Below are positions 1 through 7,771 of a stretch of 52,095 nt of DNA, one piece after another. Location of the stretch: positions 1 through 52,095 of the IMG/VR virus record IMGVR_UViG_3300030118_002480; one strand, written 5' to 3'. Made by a program: the position numbers and the translations under genes. Under the pieces are notes generated by a model, which worked only from the letters and a program-made list of their open reading frames with translations, did not search any database and was not told where the DNA came from. This DNA comes from a virus (Duplodnaviria; Caudoviricetes). The first letter of the stretch is position 1. Each line of letters opens with the position of its first letter.

Positions 1-6
1 TAGATT

Positions 7-645
7 ATGGCAGACCAAAGTAATCTTACAATAGGTGGCATTGGTGGGGACCCTTCGGGGTCCCATCCCATAGGTGTTTTGTCTTCAAATTGGGCGCAAA
101 CAGAAACTAATATGAGCATTCAATTTACAGCTGGTACTATAATGTCTGACCCTGGAGCTACTGCTGCAGGTGAAACAGATACTTATTATAGTGAAGAGCT
201 ATGTATTGGTACTCTTAAGCCTGGGACTCAATTTGAAATTGGTGATACGGGTGATGCTCAAATAGAAGCATGTTGGCAATATTATAAATCTTCAAATGGT
301 AATAATTTTAACAGTGGAAACGAAGTTGTTCCTGGTACAGCAGCATTGCAAGATGGTGGCACATGGACAGATATAGGTACTGCTGCTCAAAATTATACAA
401 GCGAAGTGTTAGTTCCTGCTACTGCTTCAGATGAAGACCTTCTGTTAGCTGGAGTTGTTAGGTTAAGAGTTAAAATGGTAGTAACTGATGCTGGTAGTAA
501 TGGAGTTGCAGCAGGATTAGTTACAGCAGGTGTAGCTGCAGTTAATGCTGCATACGCAAGGTTTCCCCTTGACAAACAAGCAAAAAAGAACGATACTGTT
601 AATAACCCAGTTACTTTTGGTGGTATAGGTAAAGACCCATCATAA
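7..645 (+). CDS. Virion structural protein, probable capsid decoration protein (allele A)
   Basis: Homolog of 51403-52035, which directly follows the major capsid gene; G/T/A/S-rich beta-type composition. Confidence 0.6.
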   Translation: MADQSNLTIGGIGGDPSGSHPIGVLSSNWAQTETNMSIQFTAGTIMSDPGATAAGETDTYYSEELCIGTLKPGTQFEIGDTGDAQIEACWQYYKSSNGNNFNSGNEVVPGTAALQDGGTWTDIGTAAQNYTSEVLVPATASDEDLLLAGVVRLRVKMVVTDAGSNGVAAGLVTAGVAAVNAAYARFPLDKQAKKNDTVNNPVTFGGIGKDPS

Positions 646-657
646 CAATGTAATCGT

Positions 658-692
658 TAGGGGGTCTTTATGGCCCCCTAGCATAAATTTTT
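658..692 (+). terminator. Intrinsic terminator-like hairpin
   Basis: TAGGGGGTC-tttat-GGCCCCCTA followed by an AT/T-rich run, just after the stop of 7-645. Confidence 0.65.
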
Positions 693-705
693 AAATGGAG
701 AAAAA

Positions 706-1251
706 ATGAGTGATTTAACAATAACACATGCGGGTAGCACTGTTACTCAGACTAGACAAGAAGTGCTATCCAATAATAAAAAATTAAATCAAATGAAAGT
801 TGATTTAATTGACGTAGAGCCAACAGTCGATACGAGTGCTTACACAGCAGGGGATTTAATGTTTGCCCCAATAAAGATAGAAAACGCAGTAGCGGTAAAG
901 GGCGGTTCGGCTATAATACAGAGTATAGCAGTAGCAAATGCAGATGCTTTGACTGGAGCATTTGATATAGTGTTTACTCAAAGTAGTAATAGCCCTGGAG
1001 ACTTAAACGACCCTATTGCGAGCGAAACAGGACTTTCAGCTGCTAATGCAGATAAAGTTTTAGGTGTTGTTAGTATTAGTAATATGGTTGATGTAGGAGT
1101 CACTTCTATAGGAGGAAAAACTAACATAGGCATGGTTATAAAAGCTGTTAATACTTCTAGGGATATATATGCTTTTGGAATAGCTCAAAGTACAGACAAT
1201 CCTACAACGGATACTGGATATAAATTAAGAATAGGAGTAGTACAAGACTAA
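706..1251 (+). CDS. Virion structural protein (hypothetical, beta-rich)
   Basis: GGAG SD upstream; structural-module position; composition. Confidence 0.55.
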   Translation: MSDLTITHAGSTVTQTRQEVLSNNKKLNQMKVDLIDVEPTVDTSAYTAGDLMFAPIKIENAVAVKGGSAIIQSIAVANADALTGAFDIVFTQSSNSPGDLNDPIASETGLSAANADKVLGVVSISNMVDVGVTSIGGKTNIGMVIKAVNTSRDIYAFGIAQSTDNPTTDTGYKLRIGVVQD

Positions 1252-2387
1252 TGTTTCCAACAAGACGAGCAACAATGGGTGGCGATGTATTTAGAGATGA
1301 GTTTTCTTTAGCGTTTGATGGTACTGATGATTTTATAAAAATTCCACAACAAACTCACGCTCTTGCAAGTAGCAATTTTAGTTATGTGTTTTGGGTAAAA
1401 AGAAATGTTACTAACGCTGCACATAATATTTTAGGTCATACTGCAAGTGGCTCGAAACATATAAGATTTTCTTCTGATGGATTTTTGCAAATAGAAACAA
1501 ATACTTCAGGAGATTTAGCAACAGGGGTGCTATCCATTAATGATACAAACTGGCATCACTACGCAGTAGTTGTTGGTGGTGGGAATGGCACAGTATCAAT
1601 GTATCAAGATGGTGTATCTATTTCTGTAACAAGTCCTGATATTGGAGATTCTTTTAGTTTTAAAAGAATAGGACAACAAGGTGATGGTAGATTTTTTAAT
1701 GGCAATATATCAGAAATAGCCATATACAACAAGGCATTATCAGCATCAGAGGTAAAGACAATATATAATGGCAGAGAGCCTTATAATCACAAAGAAGGCG
1801 TATGTTCATCTAACTTACAAGCGTGGTGGCGTATGGGTGATGGGGTATTGGATACACAACCATCTAATCACACAAATTCTTTGTTAATATCTGATAATAC
1901 AAATGCCACTAAAGGGATTAACCTTTGGACAGAAACATATTCAAGTAATACAGGCTCGTGGTCAGCAGATGGAACAAATAGTTTAACGCAAGAAAATAAT
2001 GCAATAAAAATTACAGGCGATGGTAGTGATTCAGATGGTGCAAGAATTAAATTAAGAGCAACAAATGATTTAAGTAGCAATTTAACTGTAGGTAAATTAT
2101 ATGAATTAACTTTTAAGTCAAAGGTTTCATCAGGAAGTTCAGTAAATGTTCAATTTCAAATATCAAACGCACATAGCTTTGTAAATTTTGTTAATTATAC
2201 TACAGAATACAAGAAATTTAGGCATTATTTTATAGCAACAGATGCAACAGAAGCAGAGATTAAATGTAGTGCGATGGGAGATGGTGAAATAATATTTATG
2301 AAAGATTTTTCTGTAAGAGAAATTAATGGTAACTCAGGTGTAGGTGAAAGTTTTGATGGAAGCAATATTGTAGGAGATACGCCTTAA
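1251..2387 (+). CDS. LamG/concanavalin A-like lectin domain virion protein
   Basis: SLAFDGTDD, NWHHYAVV, MYQDG, FNGNISEIAIYNKALSASEV, AWWRMGDG motifs; second beta-sandwich-like region C-terminally. Confidence 0.85.
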   Translation: MFPTRRATMGGDVFRDEFSLAFDGTDDFIKIPQQTHALASSNFSYVFWVKRNVTNAAHNILGHTASGSKHIRFSSDGFLQIETNTSGDLATGVLSINDTNWHHYAVVVGGGNGTVSMYQDGVSISVTSPDIGDSFSFKRIGQQGDGRFFNGNISEIAIYNKALSASEVKTIYNGREPYNHKEGVCSSNLQAWWRMGDGVLDTQPSNHTNSLLISDNTNATKGINLWTETYSSNTGSWSADGTNSLTQENNAIKITGDGSDSDGARIKLRATNDLSSNLTVGKLYELTFKSKVSSGSSVNVQFQISNAHSFVNFVNYTTEYKKFRHYFIATDATEAEIKCSAMGDGEIIFMKDFSVREINGNSGVGESFDGSNIVGDTP

Positions 2388-2620
2388 TGGATTTTAGTAA
2401 TAGAAAATGGGTAATTGTAAACGTATCTGATATAACAGATGAAATGATAGAAAGTGCAATACAATCATCTATGGATACACTTAGAAAATCATTAGATGGC
2501 ACTAAAGCAATACTCAAATGGGATGGCGACACGCCTACTTGCTTTGATGGTATGACAACGTATAATCATAGCGAAATATTAACAGAACTTGCTAAATCAA
2601 CTTGGACAGTAAATGAATAG
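2387..2620 (+). CDS. Small hypothetical phage protein
   Basis: TAATG coupling to LamG gene; DTLRKSLDGTKAILKW pattern recalled from small proteins next to LamG genes in marine phages. Confidence 0.65.
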   Translation: MDFSNRKWVIVNVSDITDEMIESAIQSSMDTLRKSLDGTKAILKWDGDTPTCFDGMTTYNHSEILTELAKSTWTVNE

Positions 2621-2771
2621 TTCAATAGATACAGTTAGAACATCTTTTGTTGGAATGAGTGGCACTATGGTAGCTTGGATGGAAGTTATTCCTCCATTTT
2701 TAAGCGCTTTAACAGCTATAGCTACTTTAATATATATGATACTAAAAATAAAAAACGAGGTTAAAAAATAA
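2613..2771 (+). CDS. 52-aa membrane protein, holin-like (not in ORF track)
   Basis: MNSSIDTVRTSFVGMSGTMVAWMEVIPPFLSALTAIATLIYMILKIKNEVKK: hydrophobic helix plus basic tail; fills the gap between genes. Confidence 0.6.
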   Translation: MNSSIDTVRTSFVGMSGTMVAWMEVIPPFLSALTAIATLIYMILKIKNEVKK

Positions 2772-2772
2772 A

Positions 2773-2931
2773 ATGGAAGAAAAAATAGCTAAATTAAAAA
2801 CAGATTTACAACAAGTAACTATTAAGTTAGAAGAGTTTACACAACTTAAATTTAAGTTATTGGGCGCAATAGAGATACTCGAATCTCTTGATGAGGAATC
2901 TGTTGAAGAAAAAGTAGAAGATGGCGAGTAG
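2773..2931 (+). CDS. 52-aa coiled-coil protein (not in ORF track)
   Basis: MEEKIAKLKTDLQQVTIKLEEFTQLKFKLLGAIEILESLDEESVEEKVEDGE; abuts both neighbours. Confidence 0.65.
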   Translation: MEEKIAKLKTDLQQVTIKLEEFTQLKFKLLGAIEILESLDEESVEEKVEDGE

Positions 2932-3586
2932 CATAATAACAAGAATAAAAGACCTTGTAGGCGATGAAGTTACTTCAATAGAAGGCTACAAAGACTTAAT
3001 TAATTCTGGGTTTAATCATGCTGCTGATTTAATCCCATCAGACTCTGAATTGTGGAGAAGTGCTTTGATTTCACCATCAACAGATTTGTCAACGATTGAT
3101 GCTTCTAATGCAAAAGTTATTTTGGTTACTAGAGAAGATAGTGGTGGTACTGATAGAGTAGCTAAAGAAGTTTCTTTGGATTATTTAAAAAGAGGTCAAG
3201 GTGACCCTACTAGCATATATTACAATGAAGGTAATTATAAAAATCCTATTTATAGTTTTGAAGCTAATGGTGATATGGTAATTAAACCAACTGGAAGTAC
3301 AGTAGCTATATATAGATATCAATATTTAATAGATACAGATATTACTGAAAAAACTTCTGGAGATGATTTTGATTTTCCTCAACAAGCTTTAAACTTAGGA
3401 ATATTAAAGGCATGTTCTTATCTATTGCAAGCTAAAATAAGTGAAGCTGTTCAAGAAGAAGAAGACAATGAATTGTTTGCTTTAACCCAAGGTCAAATAG
3501 CTACTATAGATAAAATGATTCAAGAAGAATTACAAAGATTAGGACTTCCTTTTCAATTAGTAGGAGATGGAAATGACATTAAATGA
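2921..3586 (+). CDS. Putative head-tail adaptor/tail tubular protein
   Basis: Size, position, pattern of N-terminal helix, beta core and C-terminal FPQQALNLGILKAC helix. Confidence 0.5.
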   Translation: MASSIITRIKDLVGDEVTSIEGYKDLINSGFNHAADLIPSDSELWRSALISPSTDLSTIDASNAKVILVTREDSGGTDRVAKEVSLDYLKRGQGDPTSIYYNEGNYKNPIYSFEANGDMVIKPTGSTVAIYRYQYLIDTDITEKTSGDDFDFPQQALNLGILKACSYLLQAKISEAVQEEEDNELFALTQGQIATIDKMIQEELQRLGLPFQLVGDGNDIK

Positions 3587-3869
3587 AATGATAGAATTAG
3601 TTAGACAGCATCATCCTAATATGGCTGATAATGAAATTAGATTACTACTCAATAGAGCATCTGATGATTTTTGCGCTAAAACAGAGCTTATTAAGCATAG
3701 TTTTAGTTTAGGTAGTGATGTAAACCCTGATTCAACAACAGCAAATAAAAGGTATTATACATTGCCAGATGAGATACTTACAATACGAGAAGTATATCTT
3801 AACAATGTAAAAATACCAAGAATGACTGGCAAACCTATTATAGATGATACAACTACAGAGGAGATGTAA
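3567..3869 (+). CDS. Putative adaptor protein, N-terminal half
   Basis: MTLNEMIELVR...LLNRASDDFC...TTANKRYYTLPDEILTIREV resembles the N-half of podovirus adaptor-like proteins; start may be 3573. Confidence 0.5.
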   Translation: MEMTLNEMIELVRQHHPNMADNEIRLLLNRASDDFCAKTELIKHSFSLGSDVNPDSTTANKRYYTLPDEILTIREVYLNNVKIPRMTGKPIIDDTTTEEM

Positions 3870-4282
3870 TGTATACTAATCCAGAAAGATATTATTATGT
3901 AGACAATGATAGGTTAGCTATAATTGAAAAGAAAGGCTCTACTACAGTTGATGGCGCAACAACAAACTATCAAACTATATCAGCAGCTAAACCTATTAGA
4001 ATTAATAGTATATGTAAAGCTGACCATTTTAATACTGGAAGCAATATTAAAGAAACAGATTTTGAGTCTTCTACTGCTGGTCCATTAGGTCATATACCTC
4101 CTCAATTTCATGAAGCATTAGTATTTAAAGTAATTGCAATGGGATATAAAACTCCACCAACTATGGATATTAACATTGCTCAATACTTTGATATGGAATA
4201 TGAAAAGGTAGTTAAGCAAGGAAAGAAATTTGCAAGAAGTAACTATATACAAACTGGTGTTATTGCACCTCAAGAATTTTAA
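3869..4282 (+). CDS. Putative adaptor protein, C-terminal half
   Basis: PERYYY...IPPQFHEALVFKVIAMGY...AQYFDMEYE resembles the C-half of the same protein type. Confidence 0.5.
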   Translation: MYTNPERYYYVDNDRLAIIEKKGSTTVDGATTNYQTISAAKPIRINSICKADHFNTGSNIKETDFESSTAGPLGHIPPQFHEALVFKVIAMGYKTPPTMDINIAQYFDMEYEKVVKQGKKFARSNYIQTGVIAPQEF

Positions 4283-4527
4283 TGGCATTTACTAGGCAAT
4301 CATTTAAGGGCAATAATTCTGTTGAACCTGCAGATACTAATAAGCAAGGTCAAGGCTCAGAAATATCTAATACTGGTTTAGATGATACTTTAGCTAATAA
4401 AAAAAGTCTTCCAGGTGCATTTAATTTATCTCAAATGACTGGAGTAAATTTTACCGAAATACCTGAAAACTTTAATAAAGATAATATATCACGATGGTTT
4501 CGTGATGATGGCAACACAACAACTTAG
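4282..4527 (+). CDS. Hypothetical protein
   Basis: TAATG coupling, fills the gap in the structural operon. Confidence 0.55.
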   Translation: MAFTRQSFKGNNSVEPADTNKQGQGSEISNTGLDDTLANKKSLPGAFNLSQMTGVNFTEIPENFNKDNISRWFRDDGNTTT

Positions 4528-4535
4528 GAGTAAAT

Positions 4536-5816
4536 ATGTCGGCAACATTAACAGCAGATGTAATTTCAACAACTTATAAAAAAATATTATTTCAAAAAGA
4601 CGATAATAAACTTTACTATACTAATAGTGGTGGAACTGCTGATGTTGAAATGACTACACTTGCAAGTCCAATGACGTTAAGCGGATTAATTACAGCTAGC
4701 GCAGGAATAAAACTAGGTAATAATATTATATATAGTCAAAATGGAACTGCATCAATAACAACTACAGACACTACGGGAGATGTTGCTGTTACTGGTGATT
4801 TAACTATTACTGGAGGAAATATTACTAACGCTATAACAACAGATGCGTTATTAACAGCTACATCAGGCGTTAAATTAGGTAACAATATTATATATAACTC
4901 TGAAGGTACAGCAGCTTTAACATTAGATACAGATGAAGACCTTACTATTACTGGAGATTTAAAGGTATCTGGTGGAATAATAGAAAGCGCAACAGACGGT
5001 GATTTAGAGGTTAGGTCTGATGGCAATATTTCTTTTTACCTTGATGATGACAATGATGAAACAGGACAAAAGTTTTATTTTTATAATGATACTAATGAAA
5101 TAGCTACTTTAGATGAGTCTGGTAATCTTAAAATAGATGGAGAATTGCAAACTACTAAAATAGCTTATACTAATGGAACAGATGCTTTGACTGTCAATAG
5201 TGGGGGAAGTTTAACATCGGCAGGTTTATTAACATTAGGTGGTAACTTAGTTATACCAGATGGCGGCAATATAGGAAGTGCAACTGACACAAATGCTATA
5301 GCTATATCATCTGCTGGCGTAGTTACTTTTTCACAAAATATAGTTCAAAGCGGTAGTAATGCAAATGCATTTGCTGCAAAAACTACGTTTAGCAATGGAA
5401 TAATTCAAGCTCCATTAGCTGCAACTGGAACAGTAAATTTAGAACATACTGATAGTGGAGAAATTGTATGCGTAGATACTTCTGCTGCAAGTTGCATAAT
5501 AAATTTACCTAATTCAGATGTATCAGGAATTAATTATAAAATAATGGTTGTTAAAGTAGAAAGTGGAGATGCAACTCCAAATTATGATTTAACTATAAAT
5601 GGCGAAAATAATGCAGACTTCTTTTTTGGCGGAGTAGCACATGTAGATATAGATAATTCTAATGCCGTAGTAAGGAGTAATAATACTGCAAATTATATTT
5701 TAACTTGTACTGATGTTGAAGTAGGCACTGTAATTGAATTAGTTTCTGATGGCACAAAATGGAATGTGTCAGGAACTGTAACTGGACCAACAGCACCAGC
5801 ATTTAGTGGTTCTTAA
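4536..5816 (+). CDS. Tail fibre/spike-like virion protein
   Basis: T/G/N/D-rich; internal duplication (TASAGIKLGNNIIY / TATSGVKLGNNIIY); AGGAG SD. Confidence 0.65.
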   Translation: MSATLTADVISTTYKKILFQKDDNKLYYTNSGGTADVEMTTLASPMTLSGLITASAGIKLGNNIIYSQNGTASITTTDTTGDVAVTGDLTITGGNITNAITTDALLTATSGVKLGNNIIYNSEGTAALTLDTDEDLTITGDLKVSGGIIESATDGDLEVRSDGNISFYLDDDNDETGQKFYFYNDTNEIATLDESGNLKIDGELQTTKIAYTNGTDALTVNSGGSLTSAGLLTLGGNLVIPDGGNIGSATDTNAIAISSAGVVTFSQNIVQSGSNANAFAAKTTFSNGIIQAPLAATGTVNLEHTDSGEIVCVDTSAASCIINLPNSDVSGINYKIMVVKVESGDATPNYDLTINGENNADFFFGGVAHVDIDNSNAVVRSNNTANYILTCTDVEVGTVIELVSDGTKWNVSGTVTGPTAPAFSGS

Positions 5817-5886
5817 TCAATACTTATAAATAGTATTGAATAATATTAAGATATGCTTAAATTATATTAATTAAACAGGAGAAGTT

Positions 5887-6180
5887 ATGGAATCTAGTTT
5901 TATGACATTTTTAACAGGTAACGCAGGCTTAATGACTGGCGGAGGTGCTGCTGGTATAGCATTGTGGGTACTAAAAAAAGTTCCTAATGAACATATCTGT
6001 TCTGTTGTAGAAACAACTTTTGAAACTTTAGGTAAAGCAATGACGTTAGGTCTTGGTAAATGGAAAGTTACAAAAGGACTTTGGAACTCAACAATAGAGC
6101 CATGGTTTATTGACCTTGTAGACAACTTTATGGGAGGTGCTGTAAGAGGCTTCATTAAAGGCTTAAGGTCTGATAAGTAA
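5887..6180 (+). CDS. Small membrane-associated protein (possible holin)
   Basis: Hydrophobic GGGAAGIALWVLKK segment; AGGAG SD. Confidence 0.45.
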   Translation: MESSFMTFLTGNAGLMTGGGAAGIALWVLKKVPNEHICSVVETTFETLGKAMTLGLGKWKVTKGLWNSTIEPWFIDLVDNFMGGAVRGFIKGLRSDK

Positions 6181-6497
6181 TGAAAGATAGGATGATAGTA
6201 TTTGAGGATATGATTGAATCACATACTGGTGACATCCTATGCGACGTAGGCATTAATGAAAAATATAATGCTTTTAGAAATAGACCTAAGAAATGCCCTG
6301 AATGTAACAGTCATTCAATGAGAGGCATAGAAATCTTAGGTGCATATGACGGCCCCATTATATGGGGCTGTCTTGAATGTGGGAACCTGCTAAGAAGGTT
6401 TAGCATAAAGAGAACAGAGAAAATGCTCAAGCAAGTTAAAGATACATTTACAAATCCAGATGATTGGGGTTTTTTAGAGCGTTCAGAGTTCTCGTAG
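6180..6497 (+). CDS. Zinc-ribbon protein
   Basis: CPEC and CLEC pairs. Confidence 0.6.
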   Translation: MKDRMIVFEDMIESHTGDILCDVGINEKYNAFRNRPKKCPECNSHSMRGIEILGAYDGPIIWGCLECGNLLRRFSIKRTEKMLKQVKDTFTNPDDWGFLERSEFS

Positions 6498-6505
6498 GAG
6501 AATAA

Positions 6506-7291
6506 ATGAATAGAGATAAAGGTGTAGTAAAACGTGCAATTATCACACCAGATAAGCATGTTCCTTTACATGACGTTAAAGCTACTAGCGTAGTTTTACA
6601 AGCAATAGAAATAATTAAGCCTGATATATATGTAGACCTTGGTGATTTAGGCGAATGGGGAAGTGTATCGCATTGGCAATGGAAACGTAAGAAAAAACCA
6701 CCATTGGAGTATATACTACCAAACTTAGAAAAAGAAGTTGATTCTGTTAATGAATTTTTAGATAAAGTAGATAGTTCTTTAGATAAAGCAGGATGCAAGA
6801 AAAAACATATAACTGCTGGTAATCACGATGAATGGTTAGACCATTTTGTAACTGAGTATCCTTATTTGAGCCAATATGGGTTTAAAAAAGCAATGAAAGC
6901 AGATGAACGTGGGTATACCTACCATAAGCCAGGAGAATACCTTAAAATAGGTAAAATGTATTTTTATCATGGTCATCATTTTGGTGGTAACTATCATGCA
7001 TCTAATCATTTAAGAAAATTAGGTTGTAATATAATGTATGGGCATCATCATAGTTTACAGCAAGATTCTGTAACACATATGGATGGTCCTAAATCAGCAT
7101 GGTCATTAGGTTGTCTAAAAGACATGTCTGATAAAAAGAACAAATGGTTAGGAGGCAGACAACACAAATGGGCCCATGCTTTTGGAGTGGTAGATTTTTT
7201 TACCCGTGGACATTTTACCGTACACGTAGTCCAGATAATAGACGGAAGCGCGTCCCTGTGGGGAGAGCTAATAAAAGGTAAATCAAAATAG
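6506..7291 (+). CDS. Calcineurin-like metallophosphoesterase
   Basis: PDKH, DLGD, GNHDE, HGH and GHHH motifs in canonical order. Confidence 0.88.
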   Translation: MNRDKGVVKRAIITPDKHVPLHDVKATSVVLQAIEIIKPDIYVDLGDLGEWGSVSHWQWKRKKKPPLEYILPNLEKEVDSVNEFLDKVDSSLDKAGCKKKHITAGNHDEWLDHFVTEYPYLSQYGFKKAMKADERGYTYHKPGEYLKIGKMYFYHGHHFGGNYHASNHLRKLGCNIMYGHHHSLQQDSVTHMDGPKSAWSLGCLKDMSDKKNKWLGGRQHKWAHAFGVVDFFTRGHFTVHVVQIIDGSASLWGELIKGKSK

Positions 7292-7575
7292 AAGTATTAC
7301 AAATTATAGAACAATATGGAGTTCCAATCGCTGTAGCAATAGCGTTTGGTTTTTTTATATGGAAACAGAATAAGTTTATACAAGATACTCTAATGCAAGA
7401 GCTTGATGAAAGTTTTGGTAGATTAGAAGCTATTATTATTAAGCTTATAGATGCGCAAAAACAAGCGTTAATAGTACAAAAAGAAGCTAAGGCTATGATT
7501 GATACTATGATTAAAATAAATGAAGCAAATAAAAAGAAATGTGAATCATGTGGGAGTACATTAGATGGTCGATAA
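7288..7575 (+). CDS. Holin-like membrane protein; likely starts at non-canonical ATA 7288 (track start 7393)
   Basis: In-frame extension IEVLQIIEQYGVPIAVAIAFGFFIWKQNK contains the TM helix; in-frame TAA at 7279; AAAGGT upstream. Confidence 0.55.
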   Translation: MEVLQIIEQYGVPIAVAIAFGFFIWKQNKFIQDTLMQELDESFGRLEAIIIKLIDAQKQALIVQKEAKAMIDTMIKINEANKKKCESCGSTLDGR

Positions 7576-7771
7576 AGTAGTAAAATTAGCTTTTAAATTA
7601 TTAGTGAAAAAGTTTAAATTAGACAAATTAGAAGCAGTCTATACGTATGTATTTGAAGATAACGAATTAGACAAAGCTGTTAAAGCTAATACAAAAGAAA
7701 TTGAAAAAATTAAAGAAAGAATGATGCCTGGACATGCTCCAGTTAAAGAAAAAAAATGGTACGATAAATAA
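7565..7771 (+). CDS. Hypothetical protein
   Basis: Overlapping coupling with both neighbours. Confidence 0.55.
   Translation: MVDKVVKLAFKLLVKKFKLDKLEAVYTYVFEDNELDKAVKANTKEIEKIKERMMPGHAPVKEKKWYDK

Larger units (their letters stand above)
1..705 (+). repeat. Imperfect terminal repeat, copy A (matches 51397-52095)
   Basis: First 33 nt identical to 51397-51429, 651-705 identical to 52041-52095, interior is a patchwork of identical and diverged blocks. Confidence 0.95.

Noticed and set aside
1-705. Diversity-generating retroelement (TR/VR pair) explaining the duplicated gene
   Set aside because: Differences involve all four bases and an indel rather than only adenines, and no reverse transcriptase gene is recognisable
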